DNA of 64,000 nt from Eledone cirrhosa (Eukaryota): positions 51,894,001 through 51,958,000 of the forward strand of contig OZ024751.1 in assembly GCA_964016885.1 (NCBI GenBank). The letters are read 5' to 3'. The notes beneath the pieces are model-generated. The model was given only the letters and a program-made list of their open reading frames with translations, did not search any database and had not been told where the DNA came from. Shown here piece after piece: positions 43,001 through 55,000 of this stretch. How positions within the stretch are numbered: position 1 is the stretch's first letter; each line of letters opens with the position of its first letter. A program made the translations under genes and the position numbers.

Positions 43001-46000
43001 ATTCTTAACACCCCTAGCATTTAACTGGTATTTAAAAATGTTGTTAGAGCTCATACCTATAAGTTTAACTGTCCTCCTATGAGGTTGAATCTTTAAGGTT
43101 TTACTACTAGGGGCTATCATAAAAAGACTCGATTTCCCTGGACCTGCTGTTGGTAGTCATTTTTTCAGTGGTGTGCACTGGAACAATGTGAAATAAAGTG
43201 TCTTGCTGAAGGACATATGCACTACGTGGTCTAGCAATTGAACTCACAACCTTATGATTGTGACTGTAACAACCCAACCATCAGGCCATGTATTTTCAGC
43301 TAAATATGGAGCAGGACAGGTGGTGGTGAGGTTATTCAACATTGAAGTCAGCCCTTTATTCATTCAAGTGTTTTGTATTAGTATTGGAAATGTAAGTGAT
43401 TCAATATGACACAATGTGTAACAAGGTTGTCTTTTGAATTACAAACACAACTCATTTCTGCCAGCTGAGTAGACTAGAGCATGATGAAATAAAGTCTCTT
43501 AGCACTGTTATAATACAGATTTAATTGTAACTATAAAGTGTAGACAGACACACAAACCACTCCATGGTTAAAAATGTAACGAATAGTGGAAATACATCAA
43601 TTGCTACCATGTTTGTTGTATCATCAGTCATATTGGTAGTAATGGAATGAATCGAAGTAAAGATGGCTAACAAAAATGTGATGTATGGTCAGAATATAGC
43701 CACATAACTACAATATAGCCTCAATAGGGCTTCATAATTATGGTAAGGCCCTCTAATTAAAGTATGGTCACAAGATGACTTCTTCAGATGTGACAATGGA
43801 TAAAGAAGAAATTTCACTATGCTGATTTCCCCTGAGCTGAAAGATATACTTAGAAAACATAGCTTAATTAAAATATTATTATCGTTATTGGCATTGTTAT
43901 TATTTTTAATCAATTATTAATGTTGCTGACCGAAATGATATGGCATATTCAATAGTTGTTTAAGTTAGGAACACAAACTCAAAACCTGATATTTTTTTAT
44001 GCACACACACACATGCCATACACATATTAAACATAAACATAAAGCTGGCTTCATCAACAGATTAATTCAAGATAGATCTATTTCAATTTTTTTTTTTCTG
44101 AATATTTGTTAAATATTTTATATTTAGTATCTATTATGAGCAGTGTGTCTTTTTAACATGGGCCAGTTTAAAAAAAATGAAAAAAGAAAAAGAAAAGGAA
44201 GTATGAGTTCTTACAGTGGCTAAAAAAAAAGCCCAATTTATAAAAGGGGGGAAATGATGTTCATGCCTTTTTTTTAAGGCATTGGCAATACAAATGAAAT
44301 GAAATGACACTGGCTGGGAATTACAGATAATATCTTGGGTTCAAACCCTCCCACTATTGTGCTTGCCATACTGTCCACGACAAGTCAAACAGAAAATAAT
44401 TTTAATAATGTTTGTGTATAATACAATAACAAGATGAAGCATATATGTAGTCTTTAATACAAAGTTTTTTTTTTTTTTTTACTGTTGATTTTTATTTATT
44501 TTTTTAAGTCTGTTTTCACTGGCGTAGCCAAATATAGTGGGAGCTACACATACTTATATAAAACTTTAGGGGTCATTGGATCACTGGATTATTGTGGAAG
44601 GAAGGGAAAGATTTTGGGGAGGGTGTCTTTTTCATTTTAAGATTATTTGGAGGAGTAAAAGTAAAGGTGAAAATCAAAATTAAGAAGTATTTAAATCATA
44701 AACAAAAAGAAAAAAACCCTTATTTAACTTTGAAAATTACAATTTTTTCCACGTGTTTGGGTGTCGGGTTACATATGTATAAAATAAAGCAAAATAGTAG
44801 TTTGCGACTTTTAATATAAAAACATTAGCCCTTTTCATACCCAACTACCGGAACCCGTACCTGGTTCTACTATACAGAACTGTTTATACCAATGCAAGGA
44901 TTTTAACACTGCACTGAAAAATGAACAAACTACTCATTGCTTATGGTGGGTTCTCCACCAGTCTTGATGATGATCATTCAACAATTTGATTAACCTACTT
45001 GTTTATTGAGTGTGTAAGTAGCTGAATATTTTACATTTGTCAGATGTGTGTACTTATAACATAATTCTCAGGCAAAATCAGCATGGCATAGTGTGACAAA
45101 ACAGTCTTGCCAAACCTCTATCAACAATAATGTACTCTTCAGGATCTAAATACTGATATCTCTACTCTCATATGAAAGAGGCTTCCTCTCGGCGCTGTAA
45201 ACTTCTCCAATTAGTCCACTGTTTGTTTATTCTTACCTATTCTGCTGACATTAAATGGAGTAGATGTTTCAGGCCTTAACTCTTTACCATTTCCATTACT
45301 CTATATTTCCTATTGTATTTTCATGGTAAACACTTTATCTCACATAACATTTCCATTACTCTATATTTCCTATTGTATTTTCATGGTAAACACTTTATCT
45401 CACATAATATCAAATCTACGGGATTTTGACATTATTTATTTTGAGAACAATACCTTAACATAAGAATGAGCAGCTGGTTATGGCGGGTTTGAACAGAAAG
45501 GAGTGAGAGAATCCTGGCTGGATATGGCTGGTTTAAAGAAGGATTCACTCTTCCCTGCAGTTCTCAACTATTTGTAGAACACATAACAGGAGTTTGAATA
45601 ATTCCATTGCCCAAAGACACAATACCCTGCACCCCCACCGTAATAATTTTCTACTTTTGGCACAAGGCCAACAATTATCCCAGTGCATTACTGGTACTTT
45701 ATTTTATCGACCCTGTAAGGATGAAAAGCAAAGTTAACCTCGGCAAGATTTGAACTCAGAACGTAAAGGACCACCTTAATAATGACTTTTGTTTAGTTGT
45801 TTCAAAGTAAGCTGGGTAACAATAGCTTGATAATCTACCAAAATATACTGAACTTACTTTAGTTCATAACTTTATCAAGGCTGAACAACCGAGTACAGAT
45901 TCTGCTGTGAAACATTTGATGAATNNNNNNNNNNNNNNNNNNNNNNNNNNNNNNNNNNNNNNNNNNNNNNNNNNNNNNNNNNNNNNNNNNNNNNNNNNNN

Positions 46001-49000
46001 NNNNNNNNNNNNNNNNNNNNNNNNNNNNNNNNNNNNNNNNNNNNNNNNNNNNNNNNNNNNNNNNNNNNNNNNNNNNNNNNNNNNNNNNNNNNNNNNNNNN
46101 NNNNNNNNNNNNNNNNNNNNNNNNTTAGGATAAAGCTGAACTTACAGACAACTCGATGTTCCGTCGTCGTTTCCTGGAAGAATAAGGTTCTGTAGTAGTA
46201 GCAGTAGTGGTAGTAGTCTGTGTCCCTGCCTGTCGGGAAGATCCCCTGCTGTTGGTACCTCCTCCTCCTCCTCCTCGTCGATACGTCTGAGTAGACACAC
46301 TGGCTTTGTCTTCTTCTTCACATTGAGCAACCACAGCAGACACATATTCCTCATCAGAATTTAAAGCTTCCTCTTCTTCCTCTTCCTCCTCCTCCTCCTC
46401 CTCCTCTTCTTCTTCCTCCTCCTCCTCCTCCTCCTCAGCCTCTTCTTCCTCCTCTTCTGCCTCATCGTCGTCATCTTCATCCTCCCCCTCCTCTTCTTCC
46501 TCTTCTTCAGATTCTTCTTTGTAACTTTTCTTGGATCTTGTTTTTCTTTTAGCTAAAAATGAAGGGATACCTCTTTCTAAGTTAAACATATAAAGACATA
46601 GACACAGAGAGAAACAAAAGAATGGGTTGCCTCAAACATATAAAGACAGAGACAAAATGTAAGTTAAACACAGACATACAGAAAGAAAACAGTGGAACTA
46701 TTTTTTGTTAATGGTTTAATACAAGTGTGAGAAAGGCAAAAGAAAACCATGATTCATAGGTTACCCTTACATCAGAACCATGTACCAAATGTTAGCAGCA
46801 GCTAACATTTTAAGGCCCTTTTCCCTGCTAAAGCAAGAGCAGGTCATAAGAAAGACTTCATACACATCACGGTGTCATTTTTGAAGCAGTATTTTTTAGC
46901 AGGATGCTCTTCGATGGTATCAACCTTTTTAGTTGCTTCCTTTAATACATAGATTTTAATTTATGTGTTCGCATACTATGGGCATGTGGTTAGAATATCA
47001 CAGGAAAGAATCACTGGACAGATTTTACGGGCAAAACCAACCAGCAAGAGGCCGAGGGGTAGACCCCGAGCAAGATGGTTGGATAACATCCATGAGCTTG
47101 GCTGGTCATGCTTGGGGATCCAGCCGGATCAATTGAAGACAGTTGCTTCTGACAGGACCCGCTGGAAGGAGTGTTTGAGGACTCTGCCCCAACGACCTTC
47201 TCAGGAATATGTGGGCAAAGAAGGAAAAGTGTTCGTATATATAAGTGTATGTATATATATATGTGCACAAACGAATATGTAATAGAGAACAAACTTACAA
47301 TATGTTCTAGGTTGTGGTTTTTTCTTAGATTTTGAAACTTTAGGAATGTCTTCAACTTCTGATTCATCTTCCTCCTCCTCCTCTTCTTCATCCTCTTCCT
47401 CTTCTTCCTCCTCGTCTTCTTCCTCTTCTTCGGATTCTTTCATATATTTCTTACCTTAGACAAAAGGAAATAGGAATTTGAAGGAACCATAGACAAATCT
47501 TGGACAACAAAGATATTCATATCAAACTGAGATACGCCAGTCATAAACCTAAATCTACTGTAATCAACGAAGCCTTTATATCAGGGGGTACCAATGTGGT
47601 CACTATCGACATCTATGGGTTAATTGAGCCAAAACTTGATATGTGTAAAAATAAAAATACACAAGAAACATAAATACATTAAAATGTAAAATGCTTATAG
47701 AGGTTTCTAGCAGGGCACTGGTGAGGGGAGAGATGCAGACAATAGGAAAAATAGAGAAGTAAAACTAACCTCTGCTTTAGCTAGGAAAATGGCCTTAAAA
47801 TGTTTGTTATTGTTGAAAATATTCACAAAAAACTGATGTATTTCAGTATTTAAAAAGCTGATACACTTACGTCGTTGAGCTCTCTCTTGTCTTTGTTTGG
47901 CAACTGCTCGTCGTGATTTTGATCGTCGGCCACTCTTACATGGCGTACAAATCCATTGTCCCCTTGCGGTAGTAAAGTAAAATTAGAACATCAGTTTTCA
48001 AAAGGATTTTTGGAACTTTTAACATAACCAACAAGAATAATACTATTTTTCTATCAAAATATTAACAGTTTGGAACAAATAAAGTCACCAAATTTCATGT
48101 AGTAGGTTAGGAAAGTTAACCCAATTAGTAAACACCTATAATGAGTTATCCCTGTAATAAACATGTACAATGAAAGGTTAACCCATTAGTAAATACCTTC
48201 TAGAACGAAAGTTACTCCCACTAATAAACACCTTCAATGAGTTATCTCTGTAATAAACACTTACAATGAAAGTTAGCCCATTAGTAAATACAATCTACAA
48301 TGAAAGTTACTCCATAAGTCAACAAATATCCAGCAATCTAATGACTCAGCCAAATCAACTACTTTAGACTTCTTAGTCAGTCAGATAATATTGAGATGAT
48401 GAACTTCTGACCACAGACTGAAATATGTAAACCATGCTACAGCCAAATCTCGAAAATATCTATATTGTACATTATCTCTCTATTAAAGCTGTTATCATAG
48501 TACATAATAGACCACCTCTCTATTAAAGCTGTTACTATAGTACATTATAGACCACCTCTCTATTAAAGCTGTTATCATAGTACATTATAGACCACCTCTC
48601 TATTAAAGCTGTTACTATAGTACATTATACACCACCTCTCTATTAAAGCTGTCACTATAGTACAAAAAGGAAAATCAAATAATGGATGTAAAAGCCTCTT
48701 GTATTAATGACAACGTACCTGGGCGGATGTCTTAAAGGTGGATCGTGGCATTCTATATGGTAGACATCAGGACACTGTGTACATTGAATTAAATCATCTT
48801 GACCATCACACACAACACAATTTTCATAATGTTCTTTCTCAGACTGAGGCATATCATCGTCTTCAACACCATCATCACTGTCTCTTTTCTGCAGAAGTAG
48901 ACAAAATATATAGACCGACTATATGACTATATATGTAAACAAAATATATAGGTAGGCTACATTTATAAACAAAATATATAGGCAGGCTATCCATATAGAC

Positions 49001-52000
49001 AAAATATATTTTTGATAATGTAGTCATAGATATAGTATGCTTAAAAAACAAAACAAAAAAAGACACGATGGTCAATGCTAAAATACTTTTGATGGTAGGT
49101 TTGCTTGACCATAGTTGACCTGTGGCTAAATATCAGTTAAATTAAAATGTTATAAATTCTCTGAATTACCTCATCATCTGAGTCTTCCTCATATTTCTTC
49201 CTGGAAGAAGTTCTTCGACTCCTACGTTCTGATTGAGGCTAAACAAACAAGAATATATATATATATATACATATGTGTTTGTGTGCATATATATAAGTGT
49301 GTTTCAAAAAAGTAAATGGAAACGACAAAGCAAACAACACAGTACAATGAAGAAATATATTACTTTAACGCTTGAAATAGTATGAAAAGAGTCTTTACGT
49401 TTCAAACACCAGTCCTTTATCAGAAGATAGAGTGAGAAATAAAAGATGAAATAGAAAATAAGAACAGGAACGAAAGGAAAAGCCAAACAAATTGTGTCCT
49501 TACCACACATGCAGGGCAATACCAGTCACCCTCGGGTATCCAGGGAAGAGCAGGACGAAGGCAATATAAATGAAATGCCTGGTTACAATCATCACACAGT
49601 ATTAATTGTTCACCAACTCCTTTCTTCCGGCAAATTTTACATTTCTATGAATTAAAAGACAAAACAAAAACAATTGATATTTATAGTTTTTTTTTTTTAT
49701 GATAGCCAAAGGATCTCATAACAAGAGTAAAGCCTGTTATGGGGCCCCAGAAGATTAACCTCTACTTTAGCTGAGAAAATGGCCTTAGAGACACCCTTTG
49801 TTGTTATTGTAGATTGATTAAGTATATCACCCAAGTAGATCACAGTAGGATTTGAATACAGAATGCAAAGAGCTAGGACATATACTGCCAAGCTTCTCAT
49901 TAAAAGTTCTAGCAATTATTTTAATCCACTGCCCTGAACTGACAAAAGAATGAAAGACTTGAAGTCAAAGTGCAAAGTGACAGTCACCAGAAATATTGTT
50001 CAAGGCTCTACCGAAACTCAGACTCAGATCACTGGATTCAGTCTAATATACTAACCTACACCATAGAACCGATACAAACATTGTAAAGCTGTAGAAAAGC
50101 TTCACAGAACAAAGAAGACATTATATATAACAACAAAACGCTACACAGTAATACAGAAGACCCGCCTTGCCTCAGTACAAAGCGAAACCTACAGTCAGTA
50201 TGCACCTCTTAACAAAAATACACCCCCGTCCCACCACGATGTAAAGTTATGTTGGTACCACAACATCCAGTCCAAAATAAATGAGGTTGTGTAGGTGTCA
50301 CGACAAAAAAACACACAGTCCACGCTGTAATGTGGCCGTGTAGGTAACACGGTAAAAACCTCCCAGTCCACACTGTAAACGTGGTTGGTGTTAGGAAGGG
50401 CATCCAGCCGTAGAAAACCCGCCAGACAGTCCTATGCGAGCAAGACAACCAATCTTGCCTCAAGTGGGAAAATTCCCGTCCAAACCCATGCAAGCGTGGA
50501 AGATGGACGTTAAACGATGATGATGATGAAAACACTTGGCATTAAAGATAATAACTTACAGCATTCTCAGCTGACTTTTCCCATTTGACGCAGGCATCCA
50601 GAATTCCAAGTAAAACATGTAAACGTGAATATGTTTTAGAGTTCTCCACAGCTTCCTTCCATTTTAAGAGACCAGTATTTATCAATTCCTTTTCTTCTTC
50701 TTCTTTTACTGATATATAAAGAATATATGAAGAATTATACAAAAATACATTTAAAAACGAAAAAAATATCTTTTAAATCATAGTAAAAAAACAATCAAAT
50801 TAGTTCTTAAAAATATTCTAACCATCATATTGGACATTAGAAATAGTAATAGTTGTTTCTACTTTTGGCACAAGGCCAGCAATTATTCCAATGTATTACT
50901 GGTACTTTATTTTATCGACCCCGTAAGGATGAAAGGCAAAGTTAACCTTGGTGGGATTTGAACTCAAAAGGGCCGTAACTCTTTGCTGCAAAGCATGGCT
51001 TCAGACCCTCTACCGATACTGCCAAATAGTAATAGTAGTTGCAGGCATGCTACAGTAATGGCTTTTACACCTGCATAGGCTTAGCCAGCCTCCTATGAGG
51101 TTGCATTTCATAGGAGATTCCTTGGGTAATTTAATGATAGTAACTCCATTCCCCTCACGTCCCCATTTTTCTGGTTAACAGAAATATCATCAAGTATGTG
51201 AAGAATAAAAACAAATATTATTGAATCACAAAAACAAGTTCGACAAAACTTACCACCAGAATCACCATTTTCTTCTTTCTTTTCAGAATCAGAACTTTTT
51301 GATTTAGATTTTCCCATAATTCCTTGTAAGAACCGTTCTAAAACATAACTCTGGGTGTCTAACATACAGTTAGCCTAAGAAAAACAGAACATATATTAAA
51401 ATATTAGAGAAAAACAAAACAATATTTTGTTACATTTCAAGCTAGTCACAAATTCAGATAGATTGTATTACCATTTCCGATACAGTTTTAGACTTTTCAA
51501 TTTTCTTCTCCCATTCTTCTTGATCAAACACACCACCAAGTCCTCCATTACGTAGACGGGTTTCAGTTTCTTTAAGCTCCTAGTAAAAAAAGTAGGAATA
51601 TATATAGGAACTACATCATAATATAGCTACAAGTTGATGACATCCCTCAAACATTTACCAGTAAGTGGTGCATGTTGGTTGTTTTTTATGGTTTTAAAGG
51701 ATGTGTTTGATTTTTAACACAAATACGTACATAAATAAGTATTGATGATGAGAGACAGACACACAGACAAACACACACACACATTATAATTATTAAATAA
51801 ATTAATATTTTCCATTCATAAATCAATAGATTACTTACTCTTTTGAAAGCTTCTTCCATATCGAGAGTGTCATCAGTATCATCATCACCAATCTTTTTCA
51901 AACTGATGTCTTTGGATGAACTTCTGTAAATATAGAATCATCTCTGATGTTAACACACAATGTCACAGTGAAAGACAAAATACATATAATTGTTTCTACT

Positions 52001-55000
52001 TTTGGTACAAGGCCAGCAATTATTAAGTATTACTGGTACTTTATTTTATCGACTCCGTAAGGATGAAAGGCAAAGTTAACCATGACGGGATTTAACTCAG
52101 ACCACAAAGGGCCGTAACTCTTTGCTGCAAAGACTTTAATTTTAACTATAATGTAGCCAGTGTTGTTTTGTATTTTTCAAGAATGTCTTGCTAATGCAGT
52201 TTCATGTGGTTTATTAATTCAGATGAAGTAGCTTTACTAGTGAATAGATTGTTGTGAAAATTTACAATGTTAGGGTAGACTTTAACTTTCAGTGTAATGC
52301 AGTCATAATGTTGTTTTGTAAATTTTCAAGAAAATCTTACTTCTTTGATCCGTTCATTGATTTTACAATATCTTCACGACGTTTTAAAAGTTCTGACTTG
52401 AGAGCACTTTCTCTGATACCTTGCGAGTGAAGGCAAGCTATAAAATTATCAAATTCTTCTTCTGTTTCATAAACAAACCATGTATTTTGACCAGGTTCAG
52501 GAATGCTGTTTAGTACAAGTAAAAAGAAAATTATTATAATTAATCAAAGTTATAGATATTTGCAATATTGAGTAAAGAAATGTTAAAATTACCATCATCA
52601 TCATCTTTTTTTTAAGTCCACATTTTCCATACTTGCATAGGTAGAAATGGGACTTTAAAGGCAGGTTTTCTACAACCAGATGCCCTTAATAACATTTTTA
52701 AGCATAGTATATGCTGTTAACGTACATCAAAACAATATATTGCAAGACGTTTTGTTTCTGGGAGCACATAAACAATGTCAACACTAGAGCTTATAAATGG
52801 GGTCAATGTGATATTTTTCAGTAATCAACTTACAAACAGGCTTCTTTAGTTACTATCTACTAAATTTACTCACAATACCTCAATAAAATTATGAAGAAAG
52901 AAAAGCAGAAACTTATTTTCTTACAATAGTGTTTGTGTCCTGCAAAAGTTTGCTATTTACATACATTTTACATTTCTTTAATCCTTCCTTGACTCTTATC
53001 ACCTTAATTTGGTTGGAGTCAGTAGTCTCGAGGACATAACTTCTCTAGTGCTGACACCACAATAAAATACACCTAGTACACATTAACCCTTTTGATATAC
53101 CAAATTATTTTTCAAAATGATTTGGAAATTATGGACAGTGTTTTGCATTAGAAATATAGTAATGAAAGAGTTAAAATGAAACGTAAACGTCACCAACCTT
53201 GTTTCAACAGGTTTACTGTTGTAAAGTGTGTTTTGTGAATTTGAAAGAATTTCGTCATCTGAGCTACATGAAGAACTGCTGTCAGATTGGCTTTTAAATG
53301 TGAATTTAATGTCATCCGGTACCCAACCTAGAGAAAGTAGAAAAGAAGGATGGCAAATACATTTTAATAAATATTTATCATTACACATGACTTCTAATTA
53401 AGGCACATGATCAGCAATATAAAGGGAGGGGTTAGTTAAATAAATAAATCCAGTACTTGACTGGTAGTTTAGAAAGATGAAAGGCCAAATTAACTTCAGT
53501 GAAATTACTTTTCATCCTTCCAGGGTCAATAAAATAAAGTACCAGTCAAGGACTGGGGTTGATTTAAGATAAATTAAAGTAACAGTTAAACACTGGGGTT
53601 AATTTAAACAACTTTCCCCTCCCCTAAATTGCTGGTTTTGAGCCTGAATTAGAGGCTATTATTATTACTACATAAATGTTTGCAAATGATTACTAGGAAA
53701 ACTTAAAAAATTAAAAAAGATACTTGAGGTTATTTCTGGGGAAGTTTTACATTCAGTTAAAGATAGGTTGGTTTACATATTAAAATACTTTGAAACAACA
53801 GCTTAAATATTCAATAACATCAATTATTATTTTGGAATTTTTATGGCTGGGCACATTTAAATCAGTTTGGGTGATCTTTGGGAACATTTAAATCAGTTTA
53901 GGTGATTCTTCAATTAGGATTATCTACACATTTTAGGGATTCTTTAGTTCTGTAGGGAACAGGGCAACTTCCCTGGTGTTTTAAGAAATTAGTCACATAC
54001 CTTTTTCAACATAAAGACCTGGTGTGCATTTGGAAAATACCCAATATCGACTATGATCTCGATCTGTTCCAATTGGAGATAGGCGAAGAACAAGCTTAGC
54101 AAAAATTATTCCATCCTATTCAAAAAGAAAAATTATAGGATAAAAAAAAAATGTTTAAATAAAGTCTCAGTTTCTGAAAAATATTCAAGTACCTATTTGA
54201 ATAATTGCTGCAAATATATTGGAAAAAACAGACAGGATGGTCTTAGCAGGAACATCTTTAAACATGTCTAGATAATTCAGGTTGACTGCAAGCTGAATAA
54301 CAAACAGTTTCCACACCTATTTTCATGGTGAGCAGTGATCAATAGGAAAGGCATCCATCAAAATGTAACAAGTGATTGAACAGATAACTCACCCACACTT
54401 GTACAAATATAGAAAAATGGCCATTAAAAAAAAACAATTATTTTGAAACTAACAAAAAAACCTGCCAAAACGTACATTAAATTCCTTCTCAAATGCTTCT
54501 TCCTCTTTTATCTTGCGAAGTACAGCATATTCTTTCTCTCGTCTAAAACAGTAAAGAAAATCAATTTAACATGGTTCCACAGTACAGGAGAAATGAAATA
54601 TTTACAACTGACACATTATTAATGAATGTGAAATGGTATGTTTGACAAAAATACAGAAGATCACACCCTAAATATGCACTTCCAAGAGCTGACTCTTTTA
54701 GCTAGCTCATACAACACACAAGGATACAGTGTACCTATTCTAAAGCAAATACACACAGCACTTTCTCAATGGATGCAGACTATTACAATAACAATGAGTT
54801 GTTTAATTATGTACCTTTCACGTTCCTCTTTATCTCGCTTCTCTTTCTCCTTTGCAACGACAGCAGCCCTCCGTCGTCGTCGTTTAACAACAGACACTAG
54901 ACCATCATCTGAAAAGTCTGCCTCTTCTTCAGCAACTTTATTACCATAAAAGTCTGTGATGGTTAAACCTTCAAAATATCAACAAGAAATTCAGTCATGA

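Noticed and set aside
45925-46124. Idea that the bromodomain exons are lost in the gap or that the region is mis-joined
   Set aside because: The exons were found at 36063-35986, 35451-35308 and 27187-27020, in order and in phase with the 46146 donor.
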